Positions 39,342 through 52,715 are shown, counted from the stretch's first letter. The stretch: 64,000 nucleotides of DNA from Octopus vulgaris (GCA_951406725.2 OX597821.1:90830001-90894000), one strand, 5' to 3'. Notes: generated from the letters alone by a model not told the origin. Numbers and translations: made by a program.

Positions 39342-39840
39342 CTGAGACTGTGGGCTGACATCAGCAGCTGGGTACATTGACTGGAAGCTGGGGCAACCGG
39401 AAGGGGCAGCCATTAGGCGTGCGCAGGCAGCGGGGAATTCGGCCTTTTCCAACGTGGGTTGTCGAGGTGTCAAGACGTGTGAAGACGTCGCTAAGGTTTG
39501 GGTGCAGCAGCTGCTATCTTTAGTGTTCGGGTCGGGGCTGTGTCGAAGGATTAGTTACCACTGAAGGGTCTCCATCACGAGGAAGAGAAGGTAGGTGCCT
39601 TTATATTCGAATCGCGTACACACCACAGAGACATCGTAAAGGAGATCTCATGAAGAGTAAGGACAATCAATATGTGAAATTAATATAAAGAGGTTGGATT
39701 GTCATTGCTGGAATGCCTTTGATCATTGGTCTGCTTCACTAATGTAGGTCTGGGGTTAGACAACATCAACAATACTAACAACAGCAACAACGAAAACAAC
39801 TACAGCCTCAATTATTTTATGTTCATCAACAACAACACCA

Positions 39841-39886
39841 ACAACTACTACTACTGTCGCAGCTGCTGCTGCTGCTGCTACTACTA

Positions 39887-39927
<41 letters not shown>

Positions 39928-40036
39928 ACTACATCATGAAAGTTAAAATGTTCATCATATATTAAACAACAAGCAACTGAAATTTTTCCTAAAAAAATAA
40001 TGAAACGCAAAATATATCAAGAATGAAAAAACAGCA

Positions 40037-40080
<44 letters not shown>

Positions 40081-40159
40081 AGCTGCTGCTGCTGCTGCTA
40101 CTATTACTACTACTACTATTACCACCACCACTACTACAACTACTACTACTACCACTACA

Positions 40160-40194
<35 letters not shown>

Positions 40195-40225
40195 CACTAT
40201 TACTATACCTACTATCACTACTACT
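39841..40225. repeat. (CTA)n/(CTG)n/(CCA)n microsatellites
   Basis: Direct runs. Confidence 0.93.
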
Positions 40226-40474
40226 GAAACAAAAATATGATCTTGACCAATAAAAAGACAACAGAAAACAAGTGAAAAATAATTTAAAAAAAGCATCATC
40301 ATCATCAAAAATATCTAAAAATAACATGAACATTGATGGCATCACAATCAACAAAACAAGATTTACTAAAGAGATTTAGCAGAAAATGACCAAGGTAGAC
40401 AAAAAAGCCATCTTCAATTAAAAATTGTAAATAAACGAAGAAAGAAAATTAGACAAATATATTCATTTATTCTT

Positions 40475-41438
40475 TTATGTTTGCTTGTTTCAGTCATCTG
40501 ATTGTGGTCATGCTGGAGTACTTGCATTAATGGATTTTAGTCAACAAAATTGGACCTTGGACTTAGTGTTTGTAAGCCTATACCATTTGCCTTCTTTGTC
40601 AAACTGCTAAGTTATGGGGATATAAACACACCAACATTGGTTGTCAAGTGATGGTGAGGTACAAATAGACACAAGACACACACATATATATATTTACCGA
40701 GACCTTTGGAAGTATGCTGTGCGCGAGAAGACCTGGGACGTAGTCAGTCCACCTGTGCATACCTTCCTTCTTGGGACACATAACTCTACTTGTGAAGACC
40801 TGTTGAGGCAAGTGAAAATCAAATCAAATCAAAATCGATGAACATCAATGGAATTTGTATTTTTGTGGTACCAGTGCCGGTGGCACATAAGAAAACCATC
40901 CGAACGTGGCCGTAGCCAGTACCTCATCGACTGGCCTCCGTGCTGTGGGCACGTAACAAACACCATCCGAGCATGGCCGTTCGCCAGCCTCGTCTGGCAC
41001 CTGTGTCGGTGGCACAAAAAAACACCATCCGAGCATGGCCGTTCGCCACCCTCGTCTCGCACCTGTGTCGGTGGCACATAAAAAGCACCCACTACACTCA
41101 CGGAGTGGTTGGCGTTAGGAAGGGCATCCAGCTGTAGAAACTCTGCCAGATCTGACTGGCCTGGTCCAGCCTTCGGGCTTCCCAGACCCCAGTTGAACCG
41201 TCCAACCCATGCTAGCATGGAAAGCGGACGTTAAACGATGATAATGATGATGATGATATGTATATATATATATATACACGATAGGCTTCTTTCAGTTTCC
41301 ATCTACCAAATCTGCTCACATGACTTTGGTCAGCCCAAGGCTATAGTAGAAGATGCTTGCACAAGGTGTCACACAGTGGGACTGAACCTGGAACCATGTG
41401 GTTGGGAAGCAAGCTTCTCACTTCTCAGTCATACCTGG
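40475..41438 (-). mobile_element. Old SINE family A split by an RTE 3' end
   Basis: 3' half at 40475-40692, 5' half at 41276-41438. Confidence 0.75.
40697..41256 (+). mobile_element. RTE-clade LINE 3' end (ORF terminus plus 3'UTR, three tandem units)
   Basis: RDLWKYAVREKTW followed by a UTR nearly identical to 38741-39212. Confidence 0.9.
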
Positions 41439-41594
41439 AAAATATGGTGAGTCCCAAAATGGTAACGACAGAATATTTCTCCTAACACATAAAAAGACAC
41501 ACACACACAGAGATATACATATACACATATATATGACCAGTCAAAACATACACAATCATACAAATATACATGTGAAATTGTGATTGTGGCTAGT

Positions 41595-42247
<653 letters not shown>

Positions 42248-42538
42248 ATTTGTATAAATATAGATGTGTGTATATTTGTTTGTGCATGTAAGGGTGTATG
42301 TCAGTGTGTGTGTGTGTGCATGTGTTGTAAAGAAATACAAATGGCCAGCTCACATACGCATACACACACACACACAAATATATGCATGCATATACACACA
42401 CCTATATATATCTGTGAGAGATTGATGCTAGATGTGTCAACAGAATTGTAGTAATTAATAAAATTTCTCATATCTTCCATCTCCCATCTCTCATTTACTA
42501 TATATAGCTATAAATATATATATAGCTATATATAAATA

Positions 42539-42893
42539 TCATCATCATCATCGTTTAACGTCCGTTTTCCATGCTAGCATGGGTTGGATGATTCGACCGG
42601 GGTCTGGGAAGCCATGGAGGCTGCACCAGGCTCCAGTCTGATCTGGCAGTGTCTCTACAGTTGGATGCCCTTCCTAACGCCAACCACTCAGTGGGTGTAG
42701 TGGATGCTTTTTTACATGCCACCGGCACAGGTGCCAGGGGAGGCTGGCAATGGCCACGATCTGTTGGTGCTTTTTATGTGCCACCGGCACGGAAGCCAGT
42801 CAAGGTGGTGCTGGCATCGACCACATACGGATGGTGCTTTTTACCTGCCAGGGGAGGTTGGCAACGGCCATGACCGGTTGGTGGTTTTTACGT
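42539..42893 (-). mobile_element. RTE-clade LINE 3'UTR copy
   Basis: (ATC)n GTTTAACGTCCGTTTTCCATGCTAGCATGGG... Confidence 0.88.
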
Positions 42894-42961
42894 CTTTATA
42901 TATATATATATATATAAAAACATATATATATATATATATATATATAAACATATATATATAT

Positions 42962-43359
42962 AAAGAAGAGCAAAGACTGGTAACGGCTCAAAGAGCCATG
43001 GAAAGGTCAATGCTTGGTATCTCGTTGAGAGAGCACGTAAGTAGCAAGATCATCAGAAAGAAGTCCGGCGTGAGAGATGTCATCGCAGAGTATACACGAA
43101 GCAAGTATAGATCGGCTGGACACGTCGCCCGGCTCACCGATAATCGGTGGACGCATGCAGTTGTCGAGTGGTACCCGTGTGAGTGGAAAAGACCACCCGG
43201 AAGACCTCCACGACGGTGGAGTGACGATTTCAGGAGGACGATTGGGATCACATGGATGAGAAAGGCGCGATCCAGAGAGAAGTGGACAGCGTGCTTTGAC
43301 CAGCAGTGTCAAATGGACGCCTGACGGACTGGTCGGTCAAAGTGATCAAAGTGATCAAA

Positions 43360-43363
<4 letters not shown>
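42962..43363 (+). mobile_element. 5'-truncated RTE LINE, ~120 uninterrupted C-terminal codons, (TCAAAGTGA)n tail
   Basis: QRAMERSMLGISLREH...SAGHVARLTDNRWT...WYP..KRPPGRPPRRWSDD; inserted in (TA)n. Confidence 0.92.
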
Positions 43364-43404
<41 letters not shown>

Positions 43405-43405
43405 A

Positions 43406-44070
43406 CTAGCTGACGTACCCGGTAATTCATGGGAAAGCAGAGTTTATCCCTTGGTCCCATACTCTTAATTGTTTTGCTAATCCAGTAACAACAATGCAAA
43501 GTATGTAGCCCTTCAAACAGCTTTTGTGCATTTACAGAAAATACCAAACTGTCTTGCAGAGGATCTTGTTTTTAGGAATTCCCAATAAGATATGAATACA
43601 CAAATTGTGAAGTCACTTATGTAATAACATGAAATTAGTTACCTGAATTCAAATAAAGTAGCCCTGTAAAAGGCTTTTGTGTGTTCCCAGAGAATATTAC
43701 CCTCAGGAGCGCTAGTGTTGGTATATTTATGAATAAGTCACTAACCGAAACAATTGGATCTATTGTTTAGGAAACTACTATTTACTTGTTTAAGGGTTGT
43801 GCTGGGTAAATTGTGAAAATAACTCTAACAGTTCAAATACTAAGAAATAAGCATACTCAATTTGATTTATACCAAATAATTTAGGAAAATGATTGGGTTA
43901 TTTCTCTTGGCAATATATAAGGATCCCTTCCAGGAGCCCTATCATCACTTTTTCAACAATCTGCGTATGCCATGAGGTTTCTAGATACAAGTTCTACTCA
44001 TGCGTCAAGTTTCATCGAAATTGATAAAACATACCCACAAATGCAATTTCCCACATATGTAGTATATATA
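43406..44070 (-). mobile_element. Probable second Helitron-like element
   Basis: Minus-strand 3' end CCCATGAATTACCGGG hairpin + TACGTCAG + CTAG|T; 5' boundary approximate. Confidence 0.55.
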
Positions 44071-44502
44071 TATATAAATATTATAATAATTAAATACATA
44101 ATTATAACAAAGGATTGGCTTCTCCATGTGCTGAAAATAGACGTCAAGTGACACTAAACCCTCTTAAAAAACTCAAAAAAGTACAGGCTGTAATTGAGTA
44201 AAACAAAGATAATGAATTAAACATTTGGTTAAACGTGTACAAGACCTCATTTCAAGCTTAAGGTAAAAAATTATACCTACTGCTATCTTCATTGCCATTA
44301 TTCCATAGTATAAATTTACAATTACACATGCAGCAACTTCATACAATAATTTATATATATACACTTGCAAACATATACAGTAAAGTAGAATTCCCATCTT
44401 CCTCTTCAACCATGGGTTATATAGCAAAATAATGCTGCAGTGAATGCTGGCCTCCTGATGAAATCATTAATGATTTTATTCTTTATCCTATAATTAATAA
44501 AG

Positions 44503-44568
<66 letters not shown>

Positions 44569-44629
44569 ACATACATATAGAGGGAAGGCAAAATGTAAAA
44601 ACAGAATCATGCAAACATGCATAGCCATA

Positions 44630-44700
<71 letters not shown>

Positions 44701-45303
44701 AATGAATATACAAACACTTACTGAAACAACATCCTGCATGAAAAAAAAGATATGACTTAATGAAAATTAGCATCTGCACACACAGTAATAGACAGAAACA
44801 TATACACACACACACACATACACACAACAATACCAACACAAACGCATATTCATACACAGACAACGTGTAACTGATACACATATGGTAACTGATATATGTT
44901 AATTATGATGGATTTTTTTCTCTCTTCCCATAATGAGGATTAAATAGTTTGATCAACTAAATAGCTTATTCATTAAATTAGCATATAAGTGGCTGAGTGT
45001 TCCACTGATGTATTTACCCTGAAGATAATTTGCGGTTCAAATCAGTGTAAAAATATTTGATAATGCTAGTGTTTTGGATTATCAGCGCAATCCATCTAAT
45101 GTGCTTCCATAATTTCTATTGATCTAAGTTTGCTTCCATAGTTTAGATTTGACTTGAAAGTATGACAAAAGATATTTGAGCAAGGTCCTGTAGATTGGAA
45201 CTGAACCCAGAACTGCATGACTTGGAAACAAACATTTTAATCACTTGGTCATGCCTGTATTTGCAACCTGATACAGGCATGGCTAAAAAAAACGACATAT
45301 ATG

Positions 45304-45470
45304 TTTCTTTATTACCCACAAGGGGCTAAACACAGAGGGGACAAACAAGGACAGACAAAGGGATTAAGTCGATTACATCGACCCCAGTGCAAAACTGGTA
45401 CTTTATTTATCGACCCCGAAAGGATGAAAGGCAAAGTCAACCTCGGCGGAATTTGAACTCAGAACGTAGA
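45304..45470 (-). mobile_element. 5'-truncated SINE family B
   Basis: Core and tail match. Confidence 0.88.
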
Positions 45471-45848
45471 GAAACATACACCTTCATAAACACACACATA
45501 GACATCATGCGCTACACATACAAATACACACATGTGCGTACATAGACATACACACACAAGTAGAGAGAGACAAACACATATGCACACACGCACATAGATT
45601 CAAACATATACATACGCACATAAACAGATTCGGCTACAAACATATCCATACACAAACACTTAAACAAACAGATATACATTAATAGGGAAAAAAGAAGTTG
45701 TTGTTTTTTTCAGATGCCATAAGATAGCCATAAGATAACCGAGGAAATTAATTTGCAGAGAATCTATCAAAGACGGAATTTATCAAAGACAGAGAGCACA
45801 GGTCATAAAACACTACTACCTCACCCTGATGCAGGAACATACAGAGAG

Positions 45849-45913
<65 letters not shown>

Positions 45914-47226
45914 GGTAAAAAACATATTGTTAATGGAAAAACAGAGAATTTGAGGTGTTGTATATATGATTTAATGGGGAGAAAATACAGAAGTCATTAA
46001 ATATATTAGAGAGAGAGAGAGAGAGGGAGAGAAAGAGGGAGAGAGAGAGGGGGAGAGAAAGAGAATGAGATGGAAGGAGGGAGAGAGAGACAGAGAGGAA
46101 GGGATGGGGATTTATATAGAATTTGTATGGAGTCTACAGAACTTATGAAATATATTAGAAAGAGGAGAGAGCAAGAGAGAGTGAGAGAGAGTGTGTGTGT
46201 GTGTGTGTGTGGTAGTGAGTAAATGAAACAAAAGGGAGGTGGAGTTTATATAGAGTTTGTGGAGAGACTACTGAATTTATTAAATACATTATAAAGAAAG
46301 TTAAGTCACAAATATGTCAAAGAGGAGAGAGAGGGGGAAATGAAGCAGAGTTGAGATAGAGAGTTGATTAGAGAGAAGGAGATGGAGAAAGGGAGAGAGG
46401 CAAGGAGGGAGACAAAAAGGAAGGAGATAATGTGAGAAAGAGAGGGAGCAGGAAAGTGAGAGTGGTAGGTGTCAATTATATTAGAGACACAGTAAGAGAA
46501 AGTGAGTGGTGTTTTAAGTGTATAAGAGACAGACAGGTGGAGATAGAGAGGCTGTACAGTGTAGAAAATTTTAGAGAGTTTGTGGGGGAGGAATGATCAT
46601 GTGTGTTTGTGTATGTGTGTGAGAATGGACATATGAGAAAGTTGGAGAGAGGAAGGTGTCGAAATAAAAAAAAGAATCAGTCGAAGAGAGATGGGTTGTA
46701 TAGAGTATGTAAGACTTCAAATAGAGAGAACGAGATAGAGAGAATGAGATAGAGAGAAAGAGAGAAGGGGAGAGATAGTGAAGGAGAAAGAAAGAAAGAG
46801 GGATTTATTAAATATGTGGGGGTAGGACAGACTCTGGGGAGAAATAATTATATACAGCATCGCATTCTTCATAGAGAGAGAGAGAGAGAGAGTAGGAGAG
46901 GAAGGAAGGAAGGAAAGAAGGAAGGAAGAAAAGAAAGAAGGAAGGAAGAAAGGAAAGAAGGATGGAAGGAAGAAAGAAACAAACAAAGGAAGATGGGATA
47001 GAAATTCTGTACAATTTGAAGAGGAATAAAATAGCTTCTAAAACATATGTTAAAAGAGTGTATTTGAATTATGGTAAAATGCAGAATCTAAGGAATCTTT
47101 TGATGGTGTGTTATGGTAACAAATGGCTCTGAGGGAAGCTCTAAAGAATTTTGTTTAGTTCAATTACTGCGAAGAAATAAAGAATCGAACACTTTGAAAT
47201 ATTGCCTTCCTTTGCCTGTCTGTCTT

Positions 47227-47267
<41 letters not shown>

Positions 47268-47270
<3 letters not shown>

Positions 47271-47686
47271 GCACGTGCCATCAGTAATTACTCAGGGTAG
47301 GCAGTCGGCGACATTTATGTAGTTAAATACACCAAAAATAAGCACAACACTGGCGCCCGACTGAGTTGAAGGCAGATTTATTTCTGCATTTATAGCACGT
47401 GAAGAAAACTTTATTGTAGAAATGAATGCAGCTGGTCACCTACAGCAGTACCATGCATAGCTTAAATACTGAGATTGAAAATCAGTGGTGAATTATACCT
47501 ACCTAATCTACAAAAAAATAAAACCTTTTGCTAATAAGATTTTATAGTTTGCATAGTAATCAGACCAACCTTCAGGATTTTATTGAATTAGGTGCATATT
47601 TTGCCATGAGCGGAAAATGTTGCTCTCAAATTATTTTATTCAATGTAAGTGCTGCCTACTTTGCTAATCTAGGCGGCACTTACCTG
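47268..47686. mobile_element. Non-autonomous DNA transposon (hAT-like termini)
   Basis: CAGGCACGTGCC...GTAGGCAG and CTGCCTAC...GGCACTTACCTG imperfect TIR/subterminal repeats; TA flanks. Confidence 0.6.
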
Positions 47687-47699
47687 CTATATATATATA

Positions 47700-48094
47700 T
47701 CTTTATATATAAAAGAGATGTTGTGTACTGTCTGTCTCCTACGATTTAGATTCCTAACTACTCCCACATTTTGCGGTGCAGTTTAACCAAAACCGGGTAT
47801 CTTATAGTCGTGATTCATATCGAGCCCTTCTGAGTATTAGCGCGCGTCTACGATGAGTCTATGATTTAAAAAAAGATTTACCATCAATTTTCCCCATTTT
47901 TAATGCATTTTTGGCATATATAAGGGAAGTAACTCTCTAAAAATTTATTATTAAATCTCAGAACGTAAAAAGCTACAGTAACACCCCCCTTTGTGGTTAG
48001 CCATATTGAGATGGCTATTATACTTTACGTCTCTACAAATGCTTATATAGTTATTTCCCTTATAAACCCGAGCAACGCCGGGCGATACTGCTAG
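47700..48094 (+). mobile_element. Non-autonomous Helitron, variant with a different internal segment
   Basis: TC...CCCGAGCAACGCCGGG..CTAG. Confidence 0.88.
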
Positions 48095-48129
48095 TATATA
48101 TATATATATATACAAATATATATATATAC

Positions 48130-48676
48130 CTGTAAATGTAATATGTGACAATTATTTGGTAGCCATGATAAAACTCCGAGTTTTGGATGCCGGGGTGGAA
48201 AACCATGCCACCATCTCTTCAGTTATCCAGCCATCGGAAAAATGCTATGAAAAATGACCGTTATACAATGGGAAATTACTGTGTGATTAACCGTTATTAA
48301 GACGAAAGAGCTATTCGAATGACCGCTAAGTAAGGGGAGGGAGTAAAGTAAGAGATAACAAAGTTCATAGCATTCATGTAAGCGCACCTGTTCATACCTC
48401 CCCTTACTTAGCGGTCATTCAAATAGCTCTTTTGTCTTAATAACAGCCAATCACACAGTAATTTCCTTTTGTACAATGGTAATTTTTCATAGCATTTTTC
48501 CGATGGCTGGATAACTGAAGAGATGGCAGTCTAGTTTTCCACCTCAGCATCTGAAACTCGGAGTTTTATCATGGCTACCGAATAATTGTCACATATTACA
48601 TTTACAGATAAATTCCTCTATTTACATAATATCGAAGTCTCTTTCTTTCTTTTGCTGTCTTACCATTCTTATCAAT
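48130..48676. mobile_element. Large foldback element (211-bp arms), Penelope-like, with hammerhead-like motifs
   Basis: Arms 48130-48340 and 48397-48607, 56-bp spacer, ~69-bp one-sided tail; TA flanks. Confidence 0.75.
48510..48570 (+). ncRNA. Putative minimal type I hammerhead ribozyme (imperfect)
   Basis: GATAA-CTGAAGA-GATG..CATC-T-GAAAC-TCGGA-GTT-TTATC: stem I, CUGANGA core, stem II, GAAA, near-palindromic stem III, GUH site; one extra base before GAAA. Confidence 0.45.
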
Positions 48677-48759
48677 ATATATATATATATATTTATATAC
48701 ATATATTTGTATACACATATATATATACATATATATGTATGTATGTATATATATATATG

Positions 48760-48808
<49 letters not shown>

Positions 48809-48810
<2 letters not shown>

Positions 48811-49524
48811 CATCATCATCATCATCGTCGTCATTTAACGCCCACTTTCCATGCTAGCATGGGTTGGATGATTTGACTGAGGACTGGTGAACCAGATGGC
48901 TGCACCAGACTCCAGTCTGATCTGGCAGAGTTTCTACCACTGGATGCCCTTCCTAACGCCAACCACTCCGAGAGTATAGTGGGTGCTTTTACGTGCAACT
49001 GGCATGAAGACCAATCAGGTGGTGCTGGCAACGGCCATGCTCAAATGGTGTTTTTTTTATGTGCCACCTGCACAGGAGCCAGTCCAGGAACACTGGCAAC
49101 AACCTCACTCAAATGTTTTTTCTCATGCCACCAGCACAAGTGCCAGTAAGGCAACGCTGGTAATGATCACACTCGGATGGTGTGATAGTTAGCTTCTCTG
49201 GCAACGATCATGCTCAGATGGTGCTCTTAAGGCTCCACTAGCATGGATGCCAGTCATCGATTTTGATTTCAATTTCACTTGCCTCAACAGGTTTTCGCAA
49301 GCAGAGTTTAGTGTCCAATGAAGGAAAGGTACATACAAATGGGCTGGTTACACCCCTGTCATAGGCCACGTGGTTATGGTCTCACTTGGCTTGCCAAGTC
49401 TTCTCAAGCACAGCATATTTTCAAAGATCTTGGTGACTAGTCATTGCTTCGGTGAGGCCTAATGTGTGAAGTTTGTGCTTCACCACCTCATTCCAGGTCT
49501 TCCTGGGTCTACCTCTTCCACAGG
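48809..49524 (-). mobile_element. RTE-clade LINE 3' end (ORF terminus plus 3'UTR)
   Basis: CGRGRPRKTWNEVVKHKLHTLGLTEAMTSHQDL*KYAVLEKTWQAK*, then UTR and (GAT)n. Confidence 0.92.
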
Positions 49525-49564
49525 TAGACATATATATTCATATGAATATCTATGTATATATGCA

Positions 49565-49860
49565 GGTAAAGACACATGGCTTAGTGCTTAGGGTGTAGTA
49601 CTCATGATCATGAGATTATGGTTTCAATTTTTGCACCAGGTGATGCATTGTGTTTTTGAAGAAAACACATTATCTCATGTTGCTCCCCAATCACTTTGAC
49701 ACCTGACATGCAGTACACAACAGATCTGTTCAAGTAACATCACTTTCATGGAGGGTGCGAGCTAATGTGCAAATCAAACAATTGATCACAATAAACCAAT
49801 CAACTGCGCAGATTGTTCAGCTAGAAATTACAAAACCATCTTTCTCAGACCACAAGAGAT
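49565..49860 (+). mobile_element. Old SINE family C-related copy
   Basis: CATGGCTTAGTGCTTAGGGTG...GGTTTCAAT... Confidence 0.6.
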
Positions 49861-50535
49861 TGCTCCCGGTATTCGTATAAAATAATACACACATGTATAT
49901 AAATAAATATTTATATTCATATTTATATAATTAATTCTAGCTTCCATATTACAATATAAATCACACCTGTACCTACATATAAAAGTCATGCTCATTTCGT
50001 GGAACTCATACTTAGTAAGAAGTACTGAGCCATATAGTTTACGTATTGGTAATTATGCTTGCAATATAATGCAACATTGGTGTTGAGATATAAATTATTA
50101 AGCTCTCTCTTGGCAGTTCGATAGATACCATATTGACAACATAAAACAGCTGCGACATTGAATAACAATGCCCCACTTCAGATATATTAGAGAATATTGT
50201 TTTAAACACACACACACACACACACACACACACGTACATATGCACATATAGTCATATGAGCATATATAATCGGGGAACTTAAAATATATATTAAAGAGAG
50301 AGAGAGGTGAAATTTATATGCAGGGTTTAAACAGAGGGAAAATGACGGTTCGCATAAAATATATTGGAAGACTTGGGAGAGTTTTATACGGTTGAATGAG
50401 GAGAAATAATAGGACTCTTAAAATATATCAGAAAGAGATGAGGATTGCAAACAATTTAATACTGAGAAACGTTGCAACACACATCAAATATATCTAGGAT
50501 AAAGAGTGTAAGAGAGAGGCTGAAGGAGTGCTTTG

Positions 50536-50681
50536 TATGTATGTGTGTGTGTGTATGAATGTGTATATATATATATGTGCATATGGATATATGTATGTGT
50601 ATATGTATATATATATATAAATGTATATATATATATATATATACATATATATATAAATGTATATATATGTATAAATGTGTG

Positions 50682-50719
<38 letters not shown>

Positions 50720-50870
50720 TATATATATACACACACACACATATATATATATACATATATCATATATATGTGTGTGTACATAATGTATATATAAGTATAC
50801 ATATACACACATACACATATATATATATACAGACATATACATATATACGTATATTTATATATGTATGTAG

Positions 50871-50910
<40 letters not shown>

Positions 50911-51761
50911 ATATATATATATACACATACATATATATATGCATATATATATGTATATTACATACATATATATACACATACATATATATACACATACATA
51001 TATATATGCATATATATATGTATATTACAGAAACACATACACATATAAACATACACATATATTTATATAGAATATATATGCATGCACAAGCATACATACG
51101 CCTAAACACAGACACACTCACATGTATACACAGACACTTTAATGAGAAGAACCTATAGAATGCTTCAAATATTTAAGAGGGCCAGAGGTAATGTGAGGGT
51201 TGGTAGGGGGGGGGGGTGACATCTTTTCACATAAGGTTTAATGAGGAGAAATAATAGAACACTTCAAATATATTAGATATAGTCAGCAGAGAGAGAGGTT
51301 AGAAAAGCTGGCGGGGTAGTAGTGGAATATGGCTTAATGAGGAGAGGCTATAGACTACTTGAAATATATTAGAACATCAGAAAATAAAACAAGCAGAGCA
51401 GAGGTAAAATACTTATTGCTAATTAATACGTCGCTTTGTTTGAGTGTCCACGTGCAAGAATGTGTATGTATGTATGTATGTATGCAGCTGTGTATGGGTA
51501 TATGTGTGTGTGTGTATGCATGTGGGTAAGTATGTGTGTATGTATGTGTCTACGTGTGTGTAAGTCCATCACTAAATTCATGGTTCAAATGACTCTTTTA
51601 ATTTCCTTTGTTTATCGAGATGAATTGGTTTTTCTTGTTTTTAAGTGATCAGCTATTAACGTAGGTGTGTACGTCGTGTTTTGTGTGCACTGAGTGTGTG
51701 TATGTCTTAATATATATGTGTGTATATATATATATTTATATTTATATATATATACAAACAT

Positions 51762-51812
<51 letters not shown>

Positions 51813-52445
51813 CTTAAACATATACATATAAGGGTAAATGTGTATCATGTAGGTGTGTATATATACTTAAGCATGTGCATATGAAGGTAAACGTGTATTT
51901 TGTATATGTGTATACACAAAATATATACATGCATATATATAGATATATAGATACATATATATGTATGTGTGTGTGTGTATGTGTGAGTGTGTGTGTATAT
52001 ATACATATATAAGTATATATATATTTTTATATATATATATATGTATGTCTGAATATATATATAAAAATAAATATATATATATATATACACAAATACATTT
52101 ATATATATACGTATATGAATACATGTGTATATATATTTATGTGTGTGTGTGTGTGTATGTATATATACATATATAAGTTTGTATATAAGACATATTACAC
52201 ACACACTCATATACATACATATTTATGTGTGCACGCATATGTATGTACATATATGTGTGTGTGTGTGTGTGTGTATGCACAGTGAGAGTGCAGACAGAGA
52301 GAAAAAGAGAGAGAGAGAGAGGAAGAATGAGATGGAGAGACTGATAGATAAATACACAAATAAATAGTATAACTAGAGACGTACAAAATGTTATATGTAT
52401 ACATTTGTATATAATTATCTTTGTACATACATACACATTCATAAA

Positions 52446-52487
<42 letters not shown>

Positions 52488-52679
52488 CATGTGTGTGTGT
52501 TTGTGGTGTGTGTTTGTGGTGTGTGTATGAGAATATATATATATATATTTACATATACATGTGTGTGTGTTTGTCATATGTGTATGAGAATATATATATA
52601 TATATATATACATATATATATTTGTATATATTTGTATGTGTGTGTTTATAGCTAGTTTTATATCCATAATTGTTTTTAT

Positions 52680-52715
<36 letters not shown>

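Larger units (their letters stand above)
45970..51373 (+). repeat. Dispersed degenerate ~42-55-bp direct-repeat motif, at least 9 copies
   Basis: TTAATGAGGAGA..TA.AG...CTT.AAATATATTAGA-like units near 45970, 46121, 46255, 50326, 50392, 50455, 51138, 51237 and 51334. Confidence 0.65.

Noticed and set aside
42704-43324. 206-aa ORF as a single gene
   Set aside because: Chance fusion of antisense RTE UTR, a TA run and a truncated RTE ORF end.
44455-44480. CTGATGA followed by a hairpin as a hammerhead
   Set aside because: No GAAA box or stem III follows.
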